A stretch of 64,000 nt of DNA from Tubiluchus corallicola (taxonomy: Eukaryota > Animalia > Priapulida). The position numbers were made by a program, and so were the translations under genes. The DNA lies in contig JAQGDQ010000638.1 in the NCBI GenBank assembly GCA_030141605.1, positions 57,600-121,599 on the forward strand, read 5' to 3'. The notes below the pieces were generated by a model. It was not told the origin of the DNA. It was given only the letters and a program-made list of their open reading frames with translations, and searched no databases. Shown in pieces: positions 26,262 to 36,985 of the stretch. Every line of letters begins with the position of its first letter. The first letter of the stretch is position 1.

Positions 26262-26379
26262 TTGGCATCCAATGACTGACTCAGGAGACTACTTCTGGTA
26301 GAAGAACGTGCAGATGAACTAGCAGCTTTTGTAGGGTTTTTCCGGGTTTTGTTGGTGCTGCCACCTGTAGCCGAGTCAT
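26262..26379 (-). CDS. CCDC66: CCDC66-like, coding exon 3
   Basis: Acceptor catgtttag|AT, donor GCCAA|gtaagt. Encodes (D)DSATGGSTNKTRKNPTKAASSS...SLDA(K); phases 1 and 2. Confidence 0.8.
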
Positions 26380-26481
26380 CTAAACATGAAAAGAAAAATA
26401 GAGTTTAAATGTCTTGGAAGAAATCACTATTGCTTCCAACACAATACGTACATAGATAAAATTATTCTTTAAAAGTAAATA

Positions 26482-26812
26482 CAGTCAATACTCGTTAAAC
26501 CCGACTAATTGGGGAGGGGGGTGTTCCGGTTTAGCCGATTGTCCGATTTATCCAATATGCCTATATATGGTCTATATTATACAGGAATAATCACCTTAAT
26601 AAGGCCTATATACATTGCACTATATACTATACTGTATATTACTTTAAAAATAGTTAACCTGTGAGGATAAAGAAATTATTGTACAGTTGGTAGGCCGTGT
26701 TGTGTTTAGCGCTCCGGCTCGGACGGAAATCGGTCAGTTTCCTTTACCACGGATGACGTCCGTCTTATCCGATATCCGGGCTAACGGGGTCCGGTTTAAC
26801 GAGGGTCGACTG
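26482..26812. mobile_element. pogo/Tigger-like MITE with TA target duplication
   Basis: TA|CAGTCAATACTCGTTAAACC ... GGTTTAACGAGGGTCGACTG|TA. Confidence 0.85.
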
Positions 26813-27329
26813 TACACTGAACTGGTTCTGTTACATTAACATGCCTTTTGTTCGTGTTACGAGACCAAGTAAAATAATCTTTTAATCCATTGGCAGACAT
26901 TATTGGCTGAAGCATGATATTACTTATCTTGTATGAAACACTGAACACATGAAAGTCAAAAACCACAAAGTTTTTGCAAAAAGGTAAAGCCATCAAGTTA
27001 AAAATGACCGAAATAATTATTATAATATTTTAAGAAACTCAAGGCATTGGTCATTTAAGCATTTAAGAATCTTTTTTAAAAAGTTCATGGATTTAATTTT
27101 ATTAATTGAAATGATGACCATTTAAAACTTATTTGGTATAATTTATATCACAAATTTTATTGAGCGCTTAATTTTTTTGAGATTATCAAAAAAGCAGTCA
27201 TTATTTCATTTGACCATTAAGAATACTACGGCACACTGAACACGAAGCATTCTTAATCCTGCACAAATTTAGACTAGGGGCGTTGATGGCAAGCATTTTA
27301 CGGAAAATTTGTGGAAAATTAATTTTTTT

Positions 27330-27711
27330 CTCCTCCCTTGGCTCTAGGTCCTCATAACATTAATTTTAAAGATGTAATGGTTAAATTATTATTTAAAGAT
27401 AGTCACGTGTGTCTCTTCTTTCCCATTATTGAACATTATTTTATTATAAACTAACACATTCATATAATAATTCAATTTTCATTCGTCTTAAATGCAAAAT
27501 CTGATAATTTTTAATTACCTGGTACAATCCTGAGAGGGTGGCTCACCTCGATAACTTATAGTTCTTTCGCCACCCTTTCACCACTAATCAATAATTACTT
27601 TTGCACTTTGTAATATTATTGTCTGCTCTATAGATTTATAAATCTCTTAGTCATGTATTTTCCTATTTTAAAAATGGTGATAAACTAATAAAATTACTTA
27701 CTTACTTACTT
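27330..27711 (+). mobile_element. LINE/SINE 3' end with (TTAC)n tail, copy 1
   Basis: Near-identical inverted copy at 31664-32070; AATAAA followed by (TTAC)n. Confidence 0.75.
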
Positions 27712-27924
27712 TAGAGCAAAAATACATCATTGTGAACCAACTCTTGTGAAATATTAGCTACTGATAAACTTTCAGCTCTGTAAATGTAGTAGGTTTGGCA
27801 GGACAAAAAATACGTTGATTTCATATTTTTTATAAACTCGGGATTCATTCATCTGATTGAAATAAAGATGATATGAAGTAAATTTAAGTGATATGATTTA
27901 AGGGACAAAAATTAAATTACAAAC

Positions 27925-27989
27925 CTTCTCTGACAATGAAAATACCAGGTTTTCCATTCACGGTCCTAGCTTCAATTCTCAATGCACCA
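27925..27989 (-). CDS. CCDC66: CCDC66-like, coding exon 2
   Basis: Acceptor ccattttag|T, donor GAAG|gtttgt. Encodes (N)GALRIEARTVNGKPGIFIVRE(D), resembling the CCDC66 N-terminus GDGLKLETELLDGKTKLIL. Confidence 0.78.
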
Positions 27990-28905
27990 CTAAAATGGAA
28001 ATAGAAAATATTATGAGCTGTTGGCACCATGGCTGTTTCACATGACGGTTTTATCTGCAGAGTCTAGAAAATAGATAAAAATTGATGTTCTTTTGTTTTT
28101 TAGAATGATCGTGCAGCATGACTATGTCCCTCGGCAAACTTACAGTTATTTTCCTACGAAATTGGAGTTTCCATGCCTAAATGATGCACCACTGTAAAAT
28201 TGTTTTTATTTGCATTGATAAAGTTTCGCGCTACCATGAAATTCAGCCTCCAATTTGGAAGCACAGCCTCCAATTTGATGAAGTTAACACATTATCACGA
28301 AGAAGATATAACTGAAAAATAAGATCCAACTTAATTGAATTAGTTAACTGAATGCAGTTGTTAAACAGTGCTGAGACGACGCGCAGTGACGTATACATTT
28401 ATATTTCGTGTAAAAACAGTAGCCTATACAAAAAAGTAGAAACCATGTAACAACTTTAAAATCTACTATGGTGTACTACCACGTAGTGATATTGAACTTC
28501 AAACTTCAACTGCCAAGCTTTGAAAACCCACAAGGTAAAAATCACGTAAGCAGTGACAGTAACTACTAATTAAGACCGACTACAAAAATATTAAATCACC
28601 GAAGTGATTTTGCTAACCCTGAGAAATTACACGCGCATATTGACATTATGCATTTTTCACTGGATCTACATTTAAAAAACAAACGCCCACGCACACAATA
28701 AATACCTAGTCCTAGCTGAAGACCATTGAAAAAAAAATAAAAAGCGGTATCTTTCAGGCTTCAAACAGAAACTTTAAGTGCTGCTACAGCTGACCCTAAA
28801 ATAAAAACTAGTGCCAATCTAAGGCGGCACTTGCAACGAAGCTTAGTGTAAATTTACCATATCGTCAAATAAATTTCCGAAACAGCCTAGGTTAAAAAAG
28901 CTTAC

Positions 28906-28916
28906 TTGACATTCAT
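28906..28916 (-). CDS. CCDC66: CCDC66-like, coding exon 1 (ATG AAT GTC AA)
   Basis: AGC ATG AAT GTC AA|gtaagc. Phase 2 joins exon 2 to give MNVNGALRIE, comparable to MNLGDGLKLE. Confidence 0.7.
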
Positions 28917-28919
28917 GCT

Positions 28920-29475
28920 CTGTGTTCATTACAAATTGAATACACCGTCATCCTAAATCACGTCTTCTGAGTAAAGAGACGGGTAAAATCTTTCCCTTTA
29001 GTATCACGATAAAACACACAACATTTTGTGTACACTTCACTAAAAACATGGCGTTGTTACCAAGCTAGTACCAATTATTTACAAAAGAGCGCGCCACAAT
29101 ATTACTTTGTCAGAGCCGTTCGGGCAGTACGGGAAGAGTCAGAAGGGAAAATAGTAACACTTTATTTCTTCATTTTTTTGAGCATTATTGTTTGATATGA
29201 ATGTTTTGGTGTAAAGTCATTGAAGACGAAGAAGTATTCTTTGCATTTTTGTATAATTTGTAGTGTTTCGTTGCCGGAAAGTAGGTAAAATTTAGGCTCA
29301 AACGTGTGGGTGTATATCACTGTGTTTGGGCATCGATTTATGTAGCCGCCATCATAGCTTCTCACAGCAATCGCTTTGCTTGTGAAGATGCCTAAGGTCA
29401 AAGGTCGCGTGTATTTACGATTTATTGATGACGCGACTGAGTCAGCTGATGCGTGAGCACAAGCGCGCCAAGGTT
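28920..29475. promoter_or_regulatory. Putative bidirectional promoter region for CCDC66 and INTS6
   Basis: CpG-richer unique segment between divergent genes. YY1-like AACATGGCG (about 29045) and GCCGCCAT (about 29345), DR1-like AGGTCAAAGGTCG (29395-29407), candidate plus-strand donor CCAAG|gt at about 29472. Confidence 0.5.
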
Positions 29476-29942
29476 TCTGTAATAGAAATAATAATAGTTA
29501 TTAAAACTAAATTGCTTTGATACTGAAATTGTCATAAGAATCCCAATGTATTCAAATGTAGCACTTGGTGTTTCTAGTTTGTTACTGGTGAAGTTGTGTC
29601 AACGTAAATTTTTTTCTAGCATTATTGTTTTGTTCTGAGTTTTTTACAATTAAATTATAATCATAGATGATTTGAAGGTATCATTTGTGATTACATCTTT
29701 TGAAGGTATACCTTTTCCTGCTGTTTTTGTTAAAATGTATGAAACTGCATTTTAATTTAACAGAATTACTAAGTAGCATAAAAGCCACGAGAAATATTTT
29801 TTTTGTCTTTTCAAAAATATGCGTAGATTGAATTATTTCTTATATTATCATATTGATAATTTTTTAAGCATTATTTTATTTATATTACTCATGCTTGTAA
29901 AAGAGTGAATATTTTAGTTCTGAATTGAAGCTGAGTGTACAC

Positions 29943-31404
29943 CTGTGGTTTTTTGCTGATTGGTATTTTCCTCTCTTCCTTCATTCTGCCTGTTTAATTT
30001 TCTTAATGCTTTCTTTTTTATTCTATGTTTCATTGTTTTTGCCCTCTTGTCTGTGTGTCTGTCAGCCTGTATAATCCTTTCACTTTCTTTACTTTTTCAC
30101 TTTGTTTTTATTTCTTCTACTTCCTTCACTTTCCCTTCTTGTTCATTTTGTCTTCACTTTTCTTCTCCATCTTTTCTAAAGAAAGTTCAGTTAACGGAAA
30201 TTAAAATTTTCTTTGACCCTTTCATACCCGTTGTATCCCATGGGATACGAGAATATTCTCTGCCTTTAAAATTAATAAAATTTTAAAAAAGAGAGTTATT
30301 TTATCTGTTAATAGTTATTTTGATTTAAGCCAATAACAATAGACTAAAAATAGTGATAAAATGGCAAACTAGAAAATCTACATAGCATAAAAAACTGTGC
30401 AAGGTACAGTACTTTAGAGGCGACTTTGTACTGATCAGCATAGCATGCATACTAAATGTCTTAAATACTTTGAAAAATTATCAGCATTTGCTTTTTATCA
30501 TGTTTAGCAAGCATTGAATCCCAATGTATCCCGTGGGATACAGGCTATATTTAGCACACGGGCACAGGTAGAAAAAAAATAATTGTTATGTGTAAACAAG
30601 ATGGACATACTGAACCAAAGTACCAAGCCAAAAAAAATTTTTCTTATTAAAAAAATAATTTGGGACTGAAAGGGTTAACTGAACTGTCTTTCTTTACTCT
30701 TTTTCTATATGGAAATTTTGTGCCTTTCTTTCTTCCTTCCTCCCTTGATTTCTTTTGTTCTTGTGTATTTTTAGTCGTTTTCTCCTTGCTTGTTTTCTCT
30801 TAATTTTCCTTCCGTTTTGTTTCCTTCTTTTATCTGAATATTCCCTTTCTCCTTTTTAATTTTGCTTCTATTTCCAATTTTTCTGTTAGCTTTTATTTTT
30901 GCCTCTGATTAGGTCCCTTTCCTGTCTTTTTCCTCGTTCATTTGTTCTCTTTTTGACGTACATCTGTTTTTTTAGCACATCTTTTGCTCTGTCATTGCTT
31001 TCTTTTTCAGTTTTTCATCTTTCAATTTCTGTTTTCTTAGCTTATATACTTATTGTTTTGCTCTTTTAATTCTTTAAATAATTTATGAAGACACACAGAT
31101 TTCAAATCTGGTTTCAAGCTGCTACGAAGAACCATTGGTGAGGATGCATTATGATGAAGTGCTATTGTAGATGACTGATGTGTATTGAAACTTAATTTAA
31201 AGTTTTCCACCAAATGTTTAAAAAAAACTAAAAACTGGGAATAATTGGTCGATTTAGGGATTTGCAACAAAGTAACTGCTTCAGACTCTACATGGACTTT
31301 TTAGGATAAGTGCTGTGATGAGGCTCGATCTATTCAACACTTTCTGGGCATAATATTCTATTAAACGTTGTCTGGTGATTTAGTAGAGACTACATTTTGT
31401 TCAC
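29943..31404 (-). pseudogene. Decayed Lys/Glu-rich coding-like exon interrupted by a MITE
   Basis: Strong purine skew, flanking ttttag| and |gt sites, and a charged coiled-coil-like frame broken by isolated TGA/TAA stops. Confidence 0.4.
30217..30674 (+). mobile_element. piggyBac-like MITE, copy 1
   Basis: Ends CCCTTTCA...TGAAAGGG flanked by TTGA/TTAA; nearly identical to 48365-48819. Confidence 0.88.
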
Positions 31405-31663
31405 CTAAAATTTTATTTAACTTAGTCTTTGTCAAGTCCACTGACTGATAAGTCCAACTTTTTGCACTTGATTACCTTAATTCATTAAACCCGTAAAATG
31501 TCATTGACCAAAAAAGATTTTTTACAATATAATTACATTGTGAACTTATGAAACTATAGCTAGGCTTATCATTACTATACGAGTATGTATGCTTATTAAA
31601 ACCAACTACCGTGAAAAGGATTTACCTAGGCAACACGTATCCTAATGTCCTTATATACACACA

Positions 31664-32070
31664 GTAAGTAAGTAAGTTTATTAGTTTATCGCCATTTTTA
31701 AATAGCAAAATACATAACTAAGAGATTTATAAATCTATACAACATACAATAATATTACAAAGTGCAAAAGTAATTATTGATTAGTGGTGAAAGGGTGGCG
31801 AAAAAACTATAAGTTATCGAGGTCAGCCACCCTCTCAGGATTGTTACTAATATAATTAATTAGTTAATGCGCATGTACCAGGTAATTAAAAATTATCAGA
31901 TTTTGCATTTAAGACGAATGAAAATTGAATTATTATACGAATGTGTTAGTTTATAATAAAACAATGTTCAATAATGGGAAAGAAGAGACACACGTGCCTA
32001 TCTTTAAATAATAATTTAACCTTTACGTATTTAAAATTAATGTTATGAGGACATAGAGCCATAGGAAGAA
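31664..32070 (-). mobile_element. LINE/SINE 3' end with (TTAC)n tail, copy 2
   Basis: Reverse complement of 27330-27711 with a short extra segment. Confidence 0.75.
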
Positions 32071-32397
32071 AAGAAAATATCATACAGCATGTCTTTGCCA
32101 AAATTTGACAGTGCCCTTCCCCCCAACAGCAAATTCTTTATGCTATACTCACTACAAAGAATTTGTGTAAAGACATACCATTTATTGGTTTAGCAAATAT
32201 GCTTTATGTTTATGGTAGTTTCCTTTAAGAAATGTTTTATACTAATGATAAGCCCAATTTTAGTTTTATGAGCATAATGTAATTCTTGTTATAAAAAGCT
32301 TTTAGTTAATTTGTGTCTTGATGAATTTTAGTCCTTGATGAAGGCATTAAAAGTCTTAAACGAGCTGGATCAAGGAAATAAACGTTTTGGTCATGGC

Positions 32398-32880
32398 TAG
32401 GCTGCATAAGATTATGGATATCCATAAAATAAGACCAAAAATCCATAAAATTCATAAAATAAGAAATGTATAAAATAAAAAATATATTTTTTTTGTGATT
32501 TTTTGTACAAAGTAACGAGTTTTAAGCATTGGCAACACTGAAAACAAACGTTAGAAGGAGAGAAAGAAAACAAACCAACAAAAGCGCATTTCCGGATTTG
32601 CTATTTTACATTGTTTTTTTCTCATTGTCTTTTTTGGTATCAAGATGGTGAAGTTTCAACCAAAGCAGGAGCTGGAGTTTGGTCTGAAACTAAGTCCTGC
32701 GTGTTTAAAAACACGTTTCAAGCCTCCTGTTTTTACTTTTTAATTGATTTCCCCCTGGGCATCTCGTTCCAGATATAGTCCATTTCTTATTTCATTGATA
32801 TCCATAAAATAAAATTTCAAAAATCCATAAAATAAGCTATTTTATTTATTTTATACATATCCATAATCTTATACACCCTG
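32398..32880. mobile_element. hAT-type MITE with perfect 8-bp TSD GTCATGGC
   Basis: TIRs TAGGCTGCATAAGATTATGGATAT / ATATCCATAATCTTATACACCCTG; TSD at 32390-32397 and 32881-32888. Confidence 0.85.
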
Positions 32881-33669
32881 GTCATGGCCATCTTAATAGC
32901 ACTGTGGACACTGGGTAGAGCTGCTCACAGGAACATAAATATAAATGGTCAATAAAATTAAATTAATATATTTATTGTATTGGTACTTCCATCAAAATCA
33001 GTTCTTAAACATCAAAAACACACTATGCAGCAAAGATTAGTTATCACAAACATTTGAACAATGTGACATGAGCCTTGAAAAGCACAAAACTTTCACGATG
33101 TAAATGACATTCAAAATTTTGTTAAACTATACAGATGGAGATGTCATAGTATGAAATTACCACGATTGTCCATTTCTAACACAATAACAAATATTTATAG
33201 TTTAGTATAGTATAGTATTTAACTATCGACGACATATGTAGATTAGCATATCGTGGGCCCACGGGGCAACTGCCCAGGCGACGTCCATGCTGCCTTGGTT
33301 TTGGTGAATTTTAAGGCTAAGCTGATACATGAATAAAATTTCTCTCATATTTATTTAGATAACAAGTTATATGGCTCAGTTGCAGTTTGTGTCGCTTACA
33401 AGCGGAATTATATTTTTCAGAACATCGGAAATCACGATTTCTGAATGAATTCAAAACCATAATTGGTCTTAAAGAATTGCCAACAGTTGTGCTTATAAGG
33501 AAATATAAGAAAACATTCAACTGGTGAAGTTTGTAGACAATGAAATTGTCCTGACATTGTACTTATTCTATAAATCAATAGACAGATTATATAGCTGTCA
33601 TTAGGTTTCACTGATTTTTGTGTACGAAGTCTGCTTATGCAAAATTAAAGTGAGTGAGTTGTTTTAAAT

Positions 33670-34151
33670 CAGGGGTGTGCAGGTTATCTGACTAGGCGGG
33701 CCACATTAAACTTTCCCGCAATTCCTGCGGGTCACATGCAGTTTGATCAAGGAGCCAAGTGCAGTAGGACCTAATAAAGATTTTTTTACATCCAATTTGT
33801 GCACATCATTACTACTGCACTCAAAAAACCATTTTAGAAGTTACTAATATTTCTATTACAAACCATATATTTCTACTTTCAGGACAGATAGTGGTAATTT
33901 CATTACGATGCATATTAGTAATGTGTATCACACAGTCTTTGTAGTACAGCGACATTAAGCTACAACCATCTTGTAAGGGTTAGTGGCATCCTATCTAGTA
34001 GAAAAAATTACCTGCACTGTCTTTGGGATCGTGGCATGGACTTCAGCTGGCTACACTCAATTAATTGCCCGGGCCGCACTTTCATTAGGTTGACAAATCT
34101 CTTCGCGGGCCGCACAAATTCTCTCGGTGGGCCGCAATTTGCACACCCCTG
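33670..34151. mobile_element. hAT (Charlie-like) MITE, copy 2
   Basis: TIRs CAGGGGTGTGCA / TGCACACCCCTG; TSD TTTTAAAT / TTCTAAAT (7 of 8). Confidence 0.9.
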
Positions 34152-34270
34152 TTCTAAATTATGCAGTTATGTGTTACAAATGTTTAGTTGAATTGCTGTT
34201 TTTCTGGATCACTTGTTGATTTTCATGGAATCATAGCAACTACTGTGCATTTTTCTAGGTTTGCAAGGCT

Positions 34271-36985
34271 ATGACTATCATATTGTTTCTATTGGACACG
34301 AGCGCATCCATGAACCAGCGCACGTACTTGGGTACGTCGCTCATGGACACTGCAAAAAGTACGGTGGAGCTGTTCATGCGCATTCGACAGCGTGACCCTA
34401 ACAGTCGCGGCGATCGCTACATGTTGCTAACGTTCGAAGAGCCGCCGTTAAACGTGAAATCCGGCTGGCGAGAAAACCACGCCACATTCGTGCACGAACT
34501 GAAGAACCTTCAAGCAAAAGGACTCACGACCACCGGTGATGCGCTGCGCCACGCATTTGATCTTTTAAACGTTAATCGAATGACAAGCATGATAGATACT
34601 TACGGTCAAGGTCGCTGTCCATTTTACTTAGAACCTTGTGTGCTCATTGTGATAACAGACGGTCAAAGGCTGACCACGATGGGTGGGATTTCAGACGAAT
34701 TGACTATACCCACTCAGAGTCCTTTACCAGGTAGCGAATTAACAAAGGAACCTTTTCGTTGGGATCAGAGATTGTTTGCCATCTGTTTACGTATTCCAGG
34801 ATCAATCCCTCATGAGCTACCAAACGGGATGTTGCCGTCAGATAATTCGCCCGTAGATGCAATGTGTGATGTGACAGGAGGCAGATCTTACTGCATCACC
34901 TACCAAAGACAGTTGAATCAGTGTGTCGAGTCGCTTGTGCAGAAGGTGCAACCGGGCGTAGTCATCAACTTTCAGAAAGTGGGCGCTGATCCACCGCCGC
35001 CAGAGTACAAGTACGACAGCAGTTCTCGCTCCGACACAAACTCCCCCGTAATCTCAGATGGACTCAGATATAATAACGAAGACTCCAATGGGCCCAACAA
35101 AGAAAATGCCGACTTTAACCTGCAGCCACCGGAGTACAATAAGCGACCATCTACTCCAACGCTGACATCTGGAAGCACTGCCTGGCACCATGTTCGTAAG
35201 CTCATCTATGTCCAAAAATCTGCACAAAAAGGATACTCGGTTGGTCATTGGCCAATTCCGGAAGCTTTCTGGCCTGATTTGAATAGTCCTACTCTGCCGC
35301 CACGGTCTGCACATCCCATTGTTCAGTTTTCTTGCACTTCTTGTGATGCTATGGTGATTGACAATCTTCCGTTTGATAAATATGAATTGGAGCCATCCCC
35401 GTTGACGCAGTACATCCTGGAGAGAAAGCAACCACACGTAGCTTGGCAGGTATTTGTTCAGAACAGCGCAAAGCACAGTGAGGTAAGCCATCCGTTTGGT
35501 TACCTCAAAGCTAGTACAGCTCTAAACTGTGTTAATCTGTTTGTTATGCCGTACAATTACCCAGTACTTCTTCCACTTCTGGAAGAATTCTTCAAGGTAC
35601 ACAAAATGAAGCCACCGTTAAAGTGGCGCACTGCTTTCGATAATTACTTGAAGACGATGCCAGTTTACTATGCTGGTCCGTTACGCCGTGCTATTCACAG
35701 GATGGGATCCCCGAATCTGGTACCTGATAACCTTGACAATTGTCTGAGCTACAGCGTTCTTTCTTATCTCAAAAAGGTGAAGTTTCAAGCCAAGGTGGAG
35801 TATGATAGGCTGGTCAATTCGGTCGGACAGAATGCCGGAAATGGCAATGGAGACGTTGTCTACGTCACGCCAAGATCACCTATGTCTTTGACACAGCACA
35901 AGGACATTGCAGACTTGTTGCACAATGTCACAGCAGAAAAGATGGCTAACTTGAAGTCGGAGTTAAATGAGTTTAGTAACTTTGTTTTACATTTGCCAGA
36001 CAAATCCATGTTTTCTCAGAGTTATCGGAATCCGTTTGATATTCCCAGAAAGAACTTGCTGGACCAAATAGCGCGCATGAGAGGTAACTTCCTGCAGTCA
36101 ACTCTTTCTCACACCAAGTTGCTAGATGATGACCAAATGCACACTGTGCCAATCTCACAGATGGGCAACTACCAAGACCATCTGAAAAACCTAGTGCCAC
36201 CCCTGCGAGAAATTGACTCCACACCTGTACGTCAGCACATGTTTGGAAATCCGTTCAAGGTAGATAAGCGGATGATGGTAGACGAGGCAGATGTGGACCT
36301 TGTCAGTATGCCAAAGGACAGAAAGCGCTCTCCGAGTGAGACCTCTGCCATGTACCCCGGTCCCAAAAGACGAAAACCCGGGCCGCTTTCTCCAGATGTC
36401 CCATATCGACGGTCTCCGTCGCCGGCTCCTTCTCCACTAACATCACCCGTGCATGAGATGGAGGCAGAAGTTCTAAACGAAAGCGCTGTAGTAAGCAACG
36501 AAAAACAAGTTGCAGAAAGCGATGATGTGTTTACCGTGCAAAAGGAAGCGTTTGAATTGTCCACTGAAGTTCTAACAATAGATATCTCTGAACCATCAGA
36601 TGTTGTTGCAAATCACATTAAGGAGAACTCTGTCGATGTGCTAAATGGCGATACGTTGCTAGTCGACGGTTTGACCAATCACGTGAATGAGTTGCACACG
36701 ATTGAGCTGTGCGCGGAAAACAGACAACTTCGCCGCGTGATTTTTAAGGAAATACGCAAACCCGGTCGCAACTTTGATAAACTCTTCGACGAATTGAACA
36801 AAATGCAAGGCAACCTGAGCACCAGACTGACATTTTTGAAAGACGTATCTAATGAAGCGGAGCGTTACAAACGAAGGCGTCTTGTTGAAATGCTACAAGA
36901 ATTCAAGATTTCCATGATTAAGTATGAGGAGAAAGCACCCAGTGTAACATCTTCACCAAACAAATTGCTTAAGACAAATAGCTAG
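34271..36985 (+). CDS. INTS6: Integrator complex subunit 6 (VWA domain; INTS6/DDX26B C-terminal domain), single coding exon, 904 aa
   Basis: Diagnostic motifs LFLLDTSASMNQR, RGDRYMLLTFEEPP, YGQGRCPFYLEP, LTKEPFRWDQRLF, GHWPIPEAFWPD, PFDKYELEPSPLTQYIL, HPFGYLKAS, FGNPFK, KEIRKPGRNF. Acceptor ttttctag| 12 nt before the ATG. Confidence 0.97.
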   Translation: MTIILFLLDTSASMNQRTYLGTSLMDTAKSTVELFMRIRQRDPNSRGDRYMLLTFEEPPLNVKSGWRENHATFVHELKNLQAKGLTTTGDALRHAFDLLNVNRMTSMIDTYGQGRCPFYLEPCVLIVITDGQRLTTMGGISDELTIPTQSPLPGSELTKEPFRWDQRLFAICLRIPGSIPHELPNGMLPSDNSPVDAMCDVTGGRSYCITYQRQLNQCVESLVQKVQPGVVINFQKVGADPPPPEYKYDSSSRSDTNSPVISDGLRYNNEDSNGPNKENADFNLQPPEYNKRPSTPTLTSGSTAWHHVRKLIYVQKSAQKGYSVGHWPIPEAFWPDLNSPTLPPRSAHPIVQFSCTSCDAMVIDNLPFDKYELEPSPLTQYILERKQPHVAWQVFVQNSAKHSEVSHPFGYLKASTALNCVNLFVMPYNYPVLLPLLEEFFKVHKMKPPLKWRTAFDNYLKTMPVYYAGPLRRAIHRMGSPNLVPDNLDNCLSYSVLSYLKKVKFQAKVEYDRLVNSVGQNAGNGNGDVVYVTPRSPMSLTQHKDIADLLHNVTAEKMANLKSELNEFSNFVLHLPDKSMFSQSYRNPFDIPRKNLLDQIARMRGNFLQSTLSHTKLLDDDQMHTVPISQMGNYQDHLKNLVPPLREIDSTPVRQHMFGNPFKVDKRMMVDEADVDLVSMPKDRKRSPSETSAMYPGPKRRKPGPLSPDVPYRRSPSPAPSPLTSPVHEMEAEVLNESAVVSNEKQVAESDDVFTVQKEAFELSTEVLTIDISEPSDVVANHIKENSVDVLNGDTLLVDGLTNHVNELHTIELCAENRQLRRVIFKEIRKPGRNFDKLFDELNKMQGNLSTRLTFLKDVSNEAERYKRRRLVEMLQEFKISMIKYEEKAPSVTSSPNKLLKTNS

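Noticed and set aside
32330-32365. Possible Penelope-type hammerhead ribozyme (CTTGATGAAGGC...GTCTTAAACG); similar hint at 53380-53420
   Set aside because: The catalytic core CTGATGA...GAAA is not intact and I could not build the three stems.
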